Part shown: positions 1-10,622 of the stretch, in pieces | Layout of the letters: each line of letters opens with the position of its first letter | Numbering within the stretch: the first letter of the stretch is position 1 | Assembly (NCBI GenBank): GCA_018971485.1 | Contig: JAGXAQ010000002.1 | Span: 171,706 to 235,705 of the forward strand | Direction of reading: 5' to 3' | DNA: 64,000 nt | From: Pseudomonadota bacterium | GTDB taxonomy: Bacteria; Pseudomonadota; Gammaproteobacteria; Burkholderiales; REEB80 | Position numbers and translations under genes: made by a program | The notes under the pieces: model-generated | Seen by the model: the letters and a program-made list of their open reading frames with translations, nothing else | The model's database searches: none | Told to the model about the DNA's origin: nothing

Positions 1-635
1 ACCACCCGACGTTCCACAAGAGTTTCTGTACGGCTTCGATAATGAATCAAGTCTGCAATAGTACCTATCTTGAGGCCATGTGTCCTGGAGAATTCAATTA
101 AATCTGGCAAGCGCGCCATTTCGCCGTCATCCCTCAAAATTTCGCAAATCACTGAAGCCGGGCCAAATCCCGCAAGCTGCGCGATATCACAACCGGCCTC
201 AGTATGGCCTGCACGAACAAGCACTCCGCCATTTTGGGCCATCAGCGGAAAAATATGACCTGGCTGGACAATATCTTCAGGCCGGGCATCAGATTTAACA
301 GCAGCCTGAACGGTTGTCGCACGATCTGCTGCTGAAATGCCTGTAGTCACCCCGTGCGCTGCTTCAATCGACAAGGTAAAATTAGTTCCATAGGGGGAAT
401 GGTTATGAGTCACCATCAATGGTAAGTGCAATTGCCGGCAACGGGCCTCTGTCAAAGTCAGGCAAACGAGTCCTCGACCATAGCGGGCCATAAAATTGAT
501 ATGGGCTGGTGTAACACACTCTGCTGCAATAACCAGGTCACCTTCATTCTCCCGATCTGCCTCATCCACTAGAATAACCATCTGTCCGGCACGAATCCCC
601 CCGATAACTTCCTCAATCGGGCTAATTCCTTTCAC
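1..635 (-). CDS. ribB: 3,4-dihydroxy-2-butanone-4-phosphate synthase (RibB domain, probably bifunctional RibBA); N-terminal part only, continues off the window
   Basis: Manual translation of the minus strand from GTG at 635 gives [39 protein letters not shown]...[17 protein letters not shown], the RibB hallmarks. The GTG overlaps the ribE stop (GTGA). Position after ribD-ribE fits. Confidence 0.85.
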   Translation of the reverse strand, partial: MKGISPIEEVIGGIRAGQMVILVDEADRENEGDLVIAAECVTPAHINFMARYGRGLVCLTLTEARCRQLHLPLMVTHNHSPYGTNFTLSIEAAHGVTTGISAADRATTVQAAVKSDARPEDIVQPGHIFPLMAQNGGVLVRAGHTEAGCDIAQLAGFGPASVICEILRDDGEMARLPDLIEFSRTHGLKIGTIADLIHYRSRTETLVERRV

Positions 636-1237
636 AAGCTTTCTCCTTTCAGGACAAACGGTGCTATCCGTGCAACATAACGTGCCAGCATATCTACCTC
701 AATATTAACCTTACCGCCTACTTTCAGGAGGCCAAGATTGGTCACTTTCAAAGTATGGGGGATTACCATGACACTCACTATCAAGGATTGAATAGCATTC
801 ACAGTCAAACTAACCCCATTCACCGCAATCGAACCTTTGGTGGCAATAAAAGGAATCAATCTATGCGACACTTCAAACTGGAGCACACAATAAGGTTCAG
901 CCTGTTCAACAGAAACCACTGAAGCTGTTTCATCAACATGACCTGACACAAGATGACCCCCAAGCTTACTGCCAAAACGCAACGACCGTTCCAGGTTAAC
1001 CAGAGAAAAATCATCCAGGCCATGACTACAGGCCAGTGTTTCCTCCGACACTTCCACTTCAAATCCAGCTTTATCCTGTTCAACAACCGTCAGACACACT
1101 CCATTGACTGCAATGGAATCTCCAATTTCCACCTCATTTAGGAACGCGCCTGGGATTTCAATCCGAAGGCGCACTCCCGTACCCAATGGACTTACCCTGA
1201 CAATTCGTCCTTGTGCCTCAATCAAACCGGTAAACAT
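632..1237 (-). CDS. ribE: riboflavin synthase (alpha chain)
   Basis: 201 aa starting MFTGLIE..G, with an internal duplicated lumazine-binding repeat ([13 protein letters not shown] / [13 protein letters not shown]). Lies in a rib operon. Confidence 0.9.
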   Translation of the reverse strand: MFTGLIEAQGRIVRVSPLGTGVRLRIEIPGAFLNEVEIGDSIAVNGVCLTVVEQDKAGFEVEVSEETLACSHGLDDFSLVNLERSLRFGSKLGGHLVSGHVDETASVVSVEQAEPYCVLQFEVSHRLIPFIATKGSIAVNGVSLTVNAIQSLIVSVMVIPHTLKVTNLGLLKVGGKVNIEVDMLARYVARIAPFVLKGESL

Positions 1238-1245
1238 CCTGTCTC

Positions 1246-2337
1246 CTAGATAAGCCCTTGAACTGATCGTCGACGAAGAATGACTTTCAAGTCTTCACCC
1301 ACAAGACCGCTTTCAACAAATCGGAACGGGTTTGAACCCTCAAGCTCCTCTAACATGTTTCCATCAAACATCCCACGCGCCTGATTCTTAAGGACAGAAG
1401 GAGCAAAATAAACAATCAGTTCATCCACCAGCCCCATATCAAGCAAAGCCCCATTCAACACTGACCCGGCCTCTACCAGGATTTCATTTAATTCCATCTG
1501 GGCCATGCAGGCTATCAGGCTTTCCAGACTAACCCGCCCGTCACGGGACTCAACCACATGGACAATAACCCCCTTGTCTTCATAGGGGCGAAACGAGACA
1601 TGATCATTCACAGTTATTAAATGTGTGCCAAAGCGGGTCAGCGCATGATCTGGCGTTATCCTGAGTGTTGAATCAACTATAATGCATAGAGGCTGCCTCG
1701 GAGTGGCTACATGCCTAACTGTCAACTCAGGATTATCCTGTATCACCGTACCGATTCCAGTCAGAATGGCACAGGAACGGGCTCGCCACCGATGCACATC
1801 CAGTCTGGCATCCTCTCCTGTAATCCAGCGGCTGGCACCATTTGCCAAAGCAGTCCGTCCATCAATTGAAGCGGCAATCTTGCTTCTCAGGTAGGGGCGG
1901 CCCTTCTGATGGCGAAAAATAAATCCAATATTAAGCATTGCCGCCTCATTTGCCATTACACCGCTATCGACTCGGATACCTGCCGCCCGAAGCCTTGCTA
2001 TACCCTGCCCGGATACTAAAGGGTTAGGATCTTGCATGGCCACAACAACCCGATTTACACCCGCTCGAATCAAGGCATCAGAACAAGGCGGTGTACGTCC
2101 AAAATGAGAGCAGGGTTCAAGAGTCACATAAGCTGTCGCTCCCTTAGCAGCATCTTTTGCCGCAAGCAAGGCCATAATTTCTGCATGTGCCCCCCCTGCC
2201 CGGACATGAAATCCCTCTCCGACACAGACTCCTTTCCGAACGAGCACACAACCTACACGCGGGTTAGGTGTAGTCGAATACAGGCCACGCTCAGCCAAAG
2301 CAAGCGCGTGGCTCATCCAATGTCTATCTTCATTCAT
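1246..2337 (-). CDS. ribD: bifunctional diaminohydroxyphosphoribosylaminopyrimidine deaminase / 5-amino-6-(5-phosphoribosylamino)uracil reductase
   Basis: 363 aa with the deaminase zinc motif HAE...[11 protein letters not shown] and a C-terminal reductase domain. Its start overlaps the nrdR stop. Confidence 0.9.
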   Translation of the reverse strand: MNEDRHWMSHALALAERGLYSTTPNPRVGCVLVRKGVCVGEGFHVRAGGAHAEIMALLAAKDAAKGATAYVTLEPCSHFGRTPPCSDALIRAGVNRVVVAMQDPNPLVSGQGIARLRAAGIRVDSGVMANEAAMLNIGFIFRHQKGRPYLRSKIAASIDGRTALANGASRWITGEDARLDVHRWRARSCAILTGIGTVIQDNPELTVRHVATPRQPLCIIVDSTLRITPDHALTRFGTHLITVNDHVSFRPYEDKGVIVHVVESRDGRVSLESLIACMAQMELNEILVEAGSVLNGALLDMGLVDELIVYFAPSVLKNQARGMFDGNMLEELEGSNPFRFVESGLVGEDLKVILRRRSVQGLI

Positions 2338-2780
2338 TCGAGATCCCGGATAACATCCCGAAAATCATCGACACCCTGAAAACTCCGATAGACCGATGCA
2401 AACCTGACATAGCCAATCTTGTCGAGCTTATGCAATTCTTCCATCACCATTTCTCCGATCTGACGGGAAGGAATCTCACGTTCACCTTGTGCAAGAATCC
2501 TTTGCATGATGACCTCTATCGCATCATCCACCTTCACAGCGGCAACCGGTCGTTTATGCAGGGCCTTCAAGAAGCTGCTCTGTAATTTACCCCGTTCAAA
2601 TTCTTCGCGGGTTCCATTCTGCTTGATAATTTGTGGCATACGTAAATCAGCAGTCTCAAATGTAGTGAAACGCTTGCCGCAATCAGAGCATCTACGCCTA
2701 CGACGCACATTATCTCCTATTTCACTAACCCTGGAATCAACTACCTGAGTATCTGCAGCACCACAAAATGGGCACTTCAT
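2334..2780 (-). CDS. nrdR: transcriptional repressor NrdR
   Basis: MKCPFCG...[12 protein letters not shown] zinc ribbon plus an ATP-cone. The start was moved to the ATG at 2780 (MKCPFCG), the conserved N-terminus. Confidence 0.9.
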   Translation of the reverse strand: MKCPFCGAADTQVVDSRVSEIGDNVRRRRRCSDCGKRFTTFETADLRMPQIIKQNGTREEFERGKLQSSFLKALHKRPVAAVKVDDAIEVIMQRILAQGEREIPSRQIGEMVMEELHKLDKIGYVRFASVYRSFQGVDDFRDVIRDLE

Positions 2781-2878
2781 CTGGATCTCCTGCAAAACAG
2801 AGTGTTCAATAAAACAAAAAATAAAAAAACCAACGCTTCAGGTTTCGGATCCTGATTCCTTTTTTTGGCTAAACGTTT

Positions 2879-4219
2879 TCAGGACCCCCCCACCATCATC
2901 CCATCAATAAGAATTGAACCACACTGACGAGAGCCTGCTATATGCCGATCAGTAGCTATCGCAGCCATATGGGCAAACATCTCGCGCAGATTCCCAGCAA
3001 CCGTAATTTCCTCAACCGGATAACAAATCTGGCCATTTTCAACCCAAAATCCGGCTGCTCCACGAGAATAGTCCCCTGTCACCATGTTAATTCCATGACC
3101 TAGTAATTCTGTGACCAAAAGACCTTGGTCCATCTGGGCAATCAAGGCATCAATACTCTGACCAGTGCTTTCAACAATCAGGTTATGATTCCCACCGGCA
3201 TGACCTGTAGTCTGCATGCCTAATTTACGGGCTGAATAGCTGCCAAGAAAATATCCGGCCAGCACTCCTTTATCTATAAACCGCCGATGCTGTGTTGCCA
3301 CACCCTCATTATCAAAAGGGGTACTGGCTTGAGCACGCAGAAGATAAGGATCCTCATCAATTACCATCCAGTCCGGTGCAATCTTTTTGCCTAACATATC
3401 AAGCAAAAATGAGGAACGCCGGTACAGCGCACTACCCGAGGCTGCACTAACCAGATGGCCAATCAGGCCACATGCCATAGGCGCCTCAAACAACACAGGT
3501 ACGCGGGTTGTCTTGATTTTACGGGCATCAAGCCGTCTAATTGTGCGCTGTCCTGCTTTTCTTCCAATGTCTGCAGCAGAAGGAAGCAAGCCAGGGTGAC
3601 GAGATGAATCGTACCAGTAATCCCGTTGCATGCCAGATGCAGATTCTGCTATTACCGCACAACTAATATCATGCCTTGAAGCAGGATACCCCCCCATAAA
3701 TCCATTTGTATTGGCATATATGAATTGGGATTCAACCGTAGACACACCAGCACCTTCTGAATTGGTGATGGACGGACTAACATCCAGTGCCGCCTGCTCA
3801 CATTCCCGAGCCAGATCTGTAGCCTTTTCAACCGATAATCTCCAGGGATGATACAAATCCAGATCAGGCCAATCCCGGGCAAACAGTGCGGCATCAGCCA
3901 ATCCGGCACAGTCATCCTCAGCCATGTGCCTTGCAATTGAGCAAGCCGCTGAAACAGTTTCACGCAACGCGTTAAGACTTAAATCAGAGGTGCTGGCATG
4001 GCCCCGACGCTGCCCAAAATAAACCGTGACGTTCAACCCCTTATCTCGGTTATACTCAATTGTCTCAACCTCACCTAGCCGCACATTGACAGTTTCACCA
4101 AACCCTTCTGAAACATCTGCCTCAGCAGCACTTGCTCCTGCCTCCGCTGCCAAGTCCAGTACAGTTGAAGCCAAATTTGAAAGCTGTTCACAACTATAAG
4201 TAAAACCTGTATCTGCCAC
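2879..4219 (-). CDS. pmbA: metalloprotease PmbA (TldE)
   Basis: 446 aa of the PmbA/TldD family with the C-terminal GDYSRGAAGFWVENG motif. Divergent from yjgA, as in E. coli. Confidence 0.85.
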   Translation of the reverse strand: MADTGFTYSCEQLSNLASTVLDLAAEAGASAAEADVSEGFGETVNVRLGEVETIEYNRDKGLNVTVYFGQRRGHASTSDLSLNALRETVSAACSIARHMAEDDCAGLADAALFARDWPDLDLYHPWRLSVEKATDLARECEQAALDVSPSITNSEGAGVSTVESQFIYANTNGFMGGYPASRHDISCAVIAESASGMQRDYWYDSSRHPGLLPSAADIGRKAGQRTIRRLDARKIKTTRVPVLFEAPMACGLIGHLVSAASGSALYRRSSFLLDMLGKKIAPDWMVIDEDPYLLRAQASTPFDNEGVATQHRRFIDKGVLAGYFLGSYSARKLGMQTTGHAGGNHNLIVESTGQSIDALIAQMDQGLLVTELLGHGINMVTGDYSRGAAGFWVENGQICYPVEEITVAGNLREMFAHMAAIATDRHIAGSRQCGSILIDGMMVGGS

Positions 4220-4454
4220 AATATCCTCATTAACTATCCAGTATCATCCCAGCATTATACCGGTCATAAATCCTCTTTGCTTAAAATCTCCGCTTTTTCC
4301 CACCCAGTCAACATTCTAAATGCCTTCTTTTACACCAGGCCTGTTTGCCCTTAACCTGTTTTCATCCCCATTTTTCTTGCCTGCAATTTCTTGTATTGGA
4401 GTCTTAGAGCGCGACAGGATAAAATAAAGGTTTATTATTCAAATTGCCTGCAGC

Positions 4455-4961
4455 ATGCCTGAAGAAAAAATCAGCAAGACCCAGCTTAAGAAAACAATGT
4501 TATCCCTTCAGGATACGGGAAAATCTCTTGCAGAATTATCCACCTCACGTTTAAACCAACTGCAACTGCCTGATACCCTGCGTGAAGCCATCATAGCTGT
4601 CAGACACATGTCCCATGAAGCCAGGCGACGACAGCTGCAGTATATTGGGAAACTGATGCGACAGATTGATGTTACCCCGATACGTGAAAAACTGACTGCA
4701 TGGGCAGGAGACAACCAGGAAGAAGCAGCCCGCTTTCATATGATGGAACGGTGGCGGGACAAGCTAATCCATGATGATGCAGCCACCCAGGATTTTATTC
4801 AGTTGTACCCATCAACCAATATCCAGCAGCTTCGCAACCTTATCCGGAACAGCCGACAGGAAACCCAAAAGGAGGCCCCACCTAAAAACAGCCGCCTGTT
4901 ATTCCGTTACATACGAGAAATTCTGACGCTAAGTGACACTGAAAGGAAACAACATGATTGA
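4455..4961 (+). CDS. yjgA: ribosome-associated DUF615 protein YjgA (DarP)
   Basis: 168 aa, charged and helical (RRRQLQYIGKLMR motif). Conserved divergent pairing with pmbA. Confidence 0.7.
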   Translation: MPEEKISKTQLKKTMLSLQDTGKSLAELSTSRLNQLQLPDTLREAIIAVRHMSHEARRRQLQYIGKLMRQIDVTPIREKLTAWAGDNQEEAARFHMMERWRDKLIHDDAATQDFIQLYPSTNIQQLRNLIRNSRQETQKEAPPKNSRLLFRYIREILTLSDTERKQHD

Positions 4962-5520
4962 CCCTAAGGCAGACGCCATTCAAATTGGCCTGGTCTCAAT
5001 AAGTGATCGTGCTTCAAGCGGCATTTATGAAGATGAGGGCATACCAGCTTTAAAAGCATGGCTTGAACCTGTACTCATCAACCCCTGGCAAGGCTTTGAA
5101 AAGGTAGTGCCTGATGAAAGACAGGTTATTTCCCAAACCTTGATTAACCTGGTTGATACACAACAATGCTGCCTCATCCTGACTACCGGCGGAACCGGGC
5201 CTGCACCAAGAGATGTAACACCGGAAGCAACCAAAGATATTGCTGAACGGGAATTGCCTGGATTTGGAGAACTTATGCGTTCAGTCAGTCTCCAATATGT
5301 TCCGACAGCCATTCTTTCCCGCCAGACTGCTGTTACAAGAGGGCACTGCCTAATCATTAATCTGCCAGGGCAACCTAAAGCCATTAAAGAAACGCTAGAC
5401 GGCGTTTTTTCAGCCGTTCCCTACTGTATTGATTTAATTGGTGGGCCCTACCTTGAAACGGATGAAAACGTCATACAGGTCTTTCGTCCAAAAGCCGCTC
5501 TGCGCCCACCTAGAACATGA
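4954..5520 (+). CDS. mog: molybdopterin adenylyltransferase MogA
   Basis: MoaB/Mog fold motifs SDRASSG...TTGGTGPAPRDVTPEA. The ATG at 4954 follows an AAAGGA RBS. The ORF-track start at 4933 is a GTG. Confidence 0.8.
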   Translation: MIDPKADAIQIGLVSISDRASSGIYEDEGIPALKAWLEPVLINPWQGFEKVVPDERQVISQTLINLVDTQQCCLILTTGGTGPAPRDVTPEATKDIAERELPGFGELMRSVSLQYVPTAILSRQTAVTRGHCLIINLPGQPKAIKETLDGVFSAVPYCIDLIGGPYLETDENVIQVFRPKAALRPPRT

Positions 5521-6203
5521 AAGAAACCAGCATGATCGCAACCACACTCGAAACACATGAAATCAACACGGATAGCTCACCCCGACACAGCATCATCTGG
5601 ATGCATGGCTTAGGGGCTGACGGCTATGATTTTGCACCCATCGTACCTGAACTTGCACTTCCTGCCTCACTATCCATCCGTTTCATTTTTCCTCATGCTC
5701 CATTCCGATCCATTACCCTGAATCAAGGCATGCAGATGCGCGCCTGGTATGATGTTTCAGGATTTGATCGCGACACGCATGAAGACCGGGAAAGCATTGA
5801 ACAAAGCGCTGCCCAGGTCGGCGAGCTGATTCAAAAGGAAAACGAACGGGGGGTCCCGTCCTCTCATATTATTCTGGCAGGATTTTCCCAAGGTGGGGCT
5901 ATTGCTCTTTATACTGGACTAGGATATCCAGAAAAACTGGCTGGTATTATGGCCCTTTCAACCTATCTACCCCTTCGGAACAACCTCATCCAGCATTTAA
6001 CCCCAGCCAACAAGTGGACGTCCATATTCATGGCACATGGCCAGAATGACCCGGTCATTGATATAGAATTCTCAAAAAAATCCCGTGATGCACTTAAGGT
6101 GGCCAATCTTCCTATTCAGTGGGAAGAGTACCCAATGGCCCACTCAGTCTCAAAAACAGAAATTGATGACATAAGCACATGGATTCAACAGGTTTTCAGA
6201 TAA
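5517..6203 (+). CDS. alpha/beta hydrolase, phospholipase/carboxylesterase family
   Basis: 228 aa with WMHGLGADG, the GFSQGG nucleophile elbow and a late HG..D. ATGA overlap with the mog stop. Confidence 0.75.
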   Translation: MKETSMIATTLETHEINTDSSPRHSIIWMHGLGADGYDFAPIVPELALPASLSIRFIFPHAPFRSITLNQGMQMRAWYDVSGFDRDTHEDRESIEQSAAQVGELIQKENERGVPSSHIILAGFSQGGAIALYTGLGYPEKLAGIMALSTYLPLRNNLIQHLTPANKWTSIFMAHGQNDPVIDIEFSKKSRDALKVANLPIQWEEYPMAHSVSKTEIDDISTWIQQVFR

Positions 6204-6247
6204 CAGGTTAATGCGGGACATTTTCATAAAACTACACGCTGATTCCA

Positions 6248-7489
6248 TCAGGCGAGTGTTAGACGGCTGACCCATTGCATGGTATCAACCTGTGCTGTCA
6301 TAAAATCATGAGCAGAAATATTCATGATATCAATCTTATCTCCAAGATTCTCAAAATCACCTTTTTCCGCGTACTCAGCCAATCTTAAAATCTGCCCCAG
6401 GATCCCTTTTCTGTCTATGACCGCAAGCATCACTTCTTCTGCCAAATTAAGGCCATTCAAAGCCTCTTCAATCGGTATTCCAAAAAGGGCATCAACAAGT
6501 GATAAAAGTCCAACCATAAAAGCCGACCCCGCCAAATCGGACGAATTACGCGTACGCTTAATAATTGAAAGAGATAAGAGCTCCATCAGTTTTCCCCTTC
6601 TCGCAGCCAATTGCATCAATGAGCTTGGGGTATGATCCTGTTCACTAGTATAAAGCAATAGCAGCACCCAGTTTTGTAACTGCCTCATCCCCAGAACCTG
6701 CAAGGCCTGCTGAATGGAATCAATGATGAGGGCCCCGCCCACACCTACTGAATTAACCAGCCTCAATAATTTAAGGCTTAAGGCCGGATGCTCTTGAAAA
6801 GTCTGCTCTATCTGCTGAAAACTATCATCAGCCTGGATCTGTTTAAGTAATTTTAGAAGTGCCATTCGTGCGGCATCAATCCGCCGCCCACTAACAATAA
6901 CCGGTCGGGCAAAATAATACCCCTGGAATAGCTCGAAGTCCAACTCCTGGCACAAATCAAACTGTTCTCTGGTTTCAACTTTTTCAGCTAAAAGTCGAAT
7001 TTTTTTCCCTTTAAATCGCTTGACTGTTTCACGAAGACCTACATTATCAGTCTCCATCAAGTCCACTTTAACAATATCGATGTATGGAATAACCGGATCA
7101 AAACGTTCCGATGAGACAAAATCATCCAGGGCTAACATGTATCCCTTGACTTTCAGGACAGCACAACGCTCGACAATTTCAGGAGTAATGGGGATTGTTT
7201 CCAGTAGTTCAATCACAATCCTGTCTCGTGGCAAAACCTCAATCAGATCACTCATCAGCAGATCTTCATTTACATTAATAAAACCTAGCTGACGGGAAAG
7301 AATCTGTTCCAGCCCAAAATAAGTAAAAGCCTGGGCAATGACAGTGGTACTAGCAGCCATGCCATCAACAAAATCAGCAGCCATAGTACGTGCCGAGCGA
7401 AATAAAAGTTCATAAGCAACAGTTTGCTGTTTTGCATCCAGAATAGGTTGCAAAGCAAGATAAGTTTTTTCTTCTAAGTGGGCTGGCAT
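6248..7489 (-). CDS. EAL plus HDOD domain protein (c-di-GMP related)
   Basis: N-terminal EAL-like motifs YELLFR, INVN, ELLE, DDF, KVD, EKVE, QGYYF. The C-terminal half has the HDOD pattern. Confidence 0.75.
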   Translation of the reverse strand: MPAHLEEKTYLALQPILDAKQQTVAYELLFRSARTMAADFVDGMAASTTVIAQAFTYFGLEQILSRQLGFINVNEDLLMSDLIEVLPRDRIVIELLETIPITPEIVERCAVLKVKGYMLALDDFVSSERFDPVIPYIDIVKVDLMETDNVGLRETVKRFKGKKIRLLAEKVETREQFDLCQELDFELFQGYYFARPVIVSGRRIDAARMALLKLLKQIQADDSFQQIEQTFQEHPALSLKLLRLVNSVGVGGALIIDSIQQALQVLGMRQLQNWVLLLLYTSEQDHTPSSLMQLAARRGKLMELLSLSIIKRTRNSSDLAGSAFMVGLLSLVDALFGIPIEEALNGLNLAEEVMLAVIDRKGILGQILRLAEYAEKGDFENLGDKIDIMNISAHDFMTAQVDTMQWVSRLTLA

Positions 7490-7631
7490 CTTTTTTTCAA
7501 ATCAGGGCCACAAACAATCAATAAGATAGTTACCATTCTCAACCAGTCATGCATAATCAGTGAGTGCTTGCAGTCATGATTACATTCCAAGGGTAGAAAA
7601 AAACAGCCCTCTCCAAACCAGGATCAATTTT

Positions 7632-7868
7632 TTACAGTGATTTATGCGAGCCATCGCAAAAAGGGGCATGCTTCGTCGTTTTACAGCCGCATAGGTATTT
7701 GGTCTCTTTCTGAGTTACAGTAAACTTCACCGGAAGAATATCCGTCTTGACATGTGAGCCATCGCAAAACGGCTGGTTCTTTGAACGTCCACATGCACAC
7801 CAGAAATAATCTCCTGATTCTAGCCCAACGGCATAGGGGCTTTTTTGTGCACAAACAGGTTCAGTCAT
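7632..7868 (-). CDS. CDGSH iron-sulfur domain protein (two CDGSH motifs)
   Basis: 78 aa with two C.C....CDGSH units (CACGRSKNQPFCDGSH and CGCKTTKHAPFCDGSH). Confidence 0.85.
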   Translation of the reverse strand: MTEPVCAQKSPYAVGLESGDYFWCACGRSKNQPFCDGSHVKTDILPVKFTVTQKETKYLCGCKTTKHAPFCDGSHKSL

Positions 7869-8052
7869 GATTCTGTCCTTTATCCAAGTAATACGATAGA
7901 AGGAATATATCAGGAATAGCTGTTAAACACATTAATTTCAACTGAAACAAATGAACGGTGGTTTCCTGATCTGTGCGTAACTTTAAAAATCAAACAAATC
8001 AATTTCGCACAAGGAAAATAGACTCGCCTATTTCAGGCCAAAAACTTTTAAT

Positions 8053-10140
8053 TTAAATGGATTCATAATTTAAAGATACCGGACTTCTAGCAACAGAATC
8101 TAGATCCTCCAGTCCCCACTGGGCCATTTTTACTTTATCGGCCAATGACCATACACCCAGATGCAAGGACAGCATAGAATGACGATCACCTAGCAGGGTA
8201 TTACGTTCTTTCTGTGTCAAATGATCAGGGCCAAGTTCAAGCGCCTTCTGACATAACAGCCTATGTTTGGCACTGTAATTACGATTGCGCTGCAAAGCCA
8301 CATGGAGTGCATTAAGCTGGGGATCAACGACTACTTGAACAAATGGATCATCTTTTAAACAAGGAAACTTAATCCAGATATCCTGCGACAGTTCCAGCAA
8401 TTCTGCAGGAGGATCATGCTCTTCCGGGATCACAAACAGACAATTCTGCCTCGCTGCACGCCCAACGGATGCCCGGCTAGTCCAGACTGCCAAGGGTACC
8501 GCCACTGACATGCCTAATAAAACTGGGGCAAGCCAATCAAAATAACCCTTGCCCAGAAAAAGATAACCCAAGGCGGCCAGAACAAGCCCGACAACTGAAC
8601 ACCATCCAAAATCCTGCCAACCCCCAGCCCATGAAATGGCTTGATCTGAACGAACCTGTACACCCCAACGAGCACTTTTCCCACGAAAAACCTGAAAAAC
8701 AAACTGGCTATGAAAGAACATCCGGATAGGAGCCATTAGAATAGAGTATAGCATCTCCAGGATTACGCTTAATCCTAAACGAATTCTCCCTCCAAACCGA
8801 GTGGCTTGATGAGGCTGGGCTATAACCCAAAATAATGCCATAAATTTTGGAGAAAAAAGCAAAAATGCGGTTAACCCGAATATCCAGGCTGGAAACAGTT
8901 CAAATATTCCTTCTGCATTCATTCCTCCCCCGCTTCTTTGCCAGTACCAGGCAGCAACTGCACCTAACAACAGAAACGCCCCCCATAAGGGAGCAGCGAG
9001 GAATGACATGACACCATTGACAAACAATAATCGATGCGCGGAACGTAATCCTTCACTCCACAACAATCTCATATGCTGAAGATTACCCTGTACCCAACGC
9101 CGATCCCGTTTTAAATCATCAATTAGAGTAGGCGGAACTTCCTCATAACTTCCATCCAGTTCAGGCACAAACCATACTTCCCACCCCCCCTTGGCCATAA
9201 GAGCTGCTTCTACAAAATCATGGCTAAGCAAAACCCCACCTAAAGGCGGATCTCCAGGCAGAACAGGCAAAGCACAATGCCGCATGAATGGTGCTACTCG
9301 CAAAATGGCATTATGTCCAATATAATGCCCATCCCCTAACTGTAAAAACCTCAGGCCAGCGCTAAATAAAGGGCCATAAAGCCGATGCGCAAACTGTTGC
9401 AACCGGGCATAGAGGGTTTCACGATTCACAGCAACCGGCTGAGTCTGGATAATGCCGATCTGGGGATTACCTTCCATCATTTTTAACAAATCCAACAACG
9501 TCCTGCCACTCATGACACTATCAGCATCCAACACCACCATATATTCATATCCCCTACCCCACCGCCTGCAGAAATCGGCAATATTTCCGCTCTTCGCCTT
9601 TTTGTTCATAGACCGGCGACGATAGTGTATGCGCCCAAATCCTTCAAGCATCTTACATAAACCTGCCCAGGCAATTTCTTCTTTAAGCCAAATCTCGGGA
9701 TCACGAGTATCACTGAGTAGAAAAAAATCAAAATAAGACAAGGCGCCTGCCGACTCAAGTGAACGGTACGTTGCCAACAGGCCCAACGCTACACGCCCGA
9801 CTTCTTCATTATAAATAGGTATAACAACCGCCACCCTGGTCTTTTCACGAGGCTGCCCCATAGATAGTTCCGGGCTTCCCTGAGAAATATGCACACTCCC
9901 ACGCAATAATAATATGAAGCCAGCCAGTGCAGTCCAAAAACCTACAGAAACCCAAGAAAAAAGCAGAATAAAAATAACCAGGATAGGTATTTCAAGCCAT
10001 AATGGCAAAGAATAGGCAAATGATTGGGCCAAAAGGGCAGATGCAAAGATAGTAGGAAAGATAACCAACGCCGTAAACCACATACGACGAGACTGGGCAA
10101 TGAGTTTCCAGGCGGGAGGGGGTTTTGTTAAGGCCAACAT
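8053..10140 (-). CDS. opgH: glucans biosynthesis glucosyltransferase H
   Basis: 695 aa multi-TM GT2 with VLDADSVM and QRxRW-like RDRRWVQGNLQH. Downstream of an OpgG/D gene. Confidence 0.9.
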   Translation of the reverse strand: MLALTKPPPAWKLIAQSRRMWFTALVIFPTIFASALLAQSFAYSLPLWLEIPILVIFILLFSWVSVGFWTALAGFILLLRGSVHISQGSPELSMGQPREKTRVAVVIPIYNEEVGRVALGLLATYRSLESAGALSYFDFFLLSDTRDPEIWLKEEIAWAGLCKMLEGFGRIHYRRRSMNKKAKSGNIADFCRRWGRGYEYMVVLDADSVMSGRTLLDLLKMMEGNPQIGIIQTQPVAVNRETLYARLQQFAHRLYGPLFSAGLRFLQLGDGHYIGHNAILRVAPFMRHCALPVLPGDPPLGGVLLSHDFVEAALMAKGGWEVWFVPELDGSYEEVPPTLIDDLKRDRRWVQGNLQHMRLLWSEGLRSAHRLLFVNGVMSFLAAPLWGAFLLLGAVAAWYWQRSGGGMNAEGIFELFPAWIFGLTAFLLFSPKFMALFWVIAQPHQATRFGGRIRLGLSVILEMLYSILMAPIRMFFHSQFVFQVFRGKSARWGVQVRSDQAISWAGGWQDFGWCSVVGLVLAALGYLFLGKGYFDWLAPVLLGMSVAVPLAVWTSRASVGRAARQNCLFVIPEEHDPPAELLELSQDIWIKFPCLKDDPFVQVVVDPQLNALHVALQRNRNYSAKHRLLCQKALELGPDHLTQKERNTLLGDRHSMLSLHLGVWSLADKVKMAQWGLEDLDSVARSPVSLNYESI

Positions 10141-10613
10141 TACCCCTGTAATGCGCGTCGAACTGCTGGAGTTCCTCTCCGAATGCCCAAAACGGTCAAG
10201 AAACGCCTACAAGCATCCCGCCATGAACGATTCAGTCTGAGAGGGACCATGGGCTGTCTCGCTAACGGCGGCTGTAGTTGCTGTTTCAACCACCCGGATA
10301 ATTTTTCCTGATTTTCATGCCGTTTCCGGTTTACACCTGACCAGGGCTGAAGCCGGATACCAAGTTCATCTCCTCCGGAAAGCCGGGCAAGAACTGTCTG
10401 CAAAACAGAAAAAACCAGACCGTAAGATACCTCGGTTTCTCCTGAAAGATTAACCCGTTCCAGCACCTCCTGCCTAATCCTGAAACGCTCGATATCATTC
10501 AATTGCAGACACCGCAGATATTGTTCAATCCGGCTCATTGCCAAATCATTCTTTTTAAGAACAGGAATATCATGGTGTAAACCTGCATTTGCATGGCGAA
10601 TTAGATTATCCAT
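10140..10613 (-). CDS. hypothetical basic protein embedded in the opg operon
   Basis: 157-aa ORF with no TM segment or signal peptide and an Arg-rich C-terminus. Its stop overlaps the opgH start (TAATG at 10138-10142), and it begins 10 nt after the opgD/G stop. I recognise no family. Confidence 0.5.
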   Translation of the reverse strand: MDNLIRHANAGLHHDIPVLKKNDLAMSRIEQYLRCLQLNDIERFRIRQEVLERVNLSGETEVSYGLVFSVLQTVLARLSGGDELGIRLQPWSGVNRKRHENQEKLSGWLKQQLQPPLARQPMVPLRLNRSWRDACRRFLTVLGIRRGTPAVRRALQG

Positions 10614-10622
10614 GAATAAAAG

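Noticed and set aside
2032-2379. Long ORFs antisense to, or out of frame within, confirmed genes. Examples: 2032-2379 plus, 5025-5384 minus, 24864-25286 plus, 37384-37746 plus, 48883-49350 plus, 38671-39003 minus.
   Set aside because: They lie wholly inside strongly supported conserved genes. They have low-complexity or Ser/Arg/Pro-rich shadow-frame composition and no RBS or family resemblance.
2796-2878. FMN riboswitch upstream of the rib genes.
   Set aside because: The rib genes are transcribed behind nrdR. The 83-nt spacer is too short and shows no FMN-element-like conserved helices.
6248-7489. Possibility that the EAL domain is degenerate (ELL instead of EAL, DDFVSS instead of DDFGTG).
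   Set aside because: The metal and catalytic positions I can recognise are all present (E of ELL, N, ExxE, DD, K, E, Q). There is no sequence-based reason to call it inactive.
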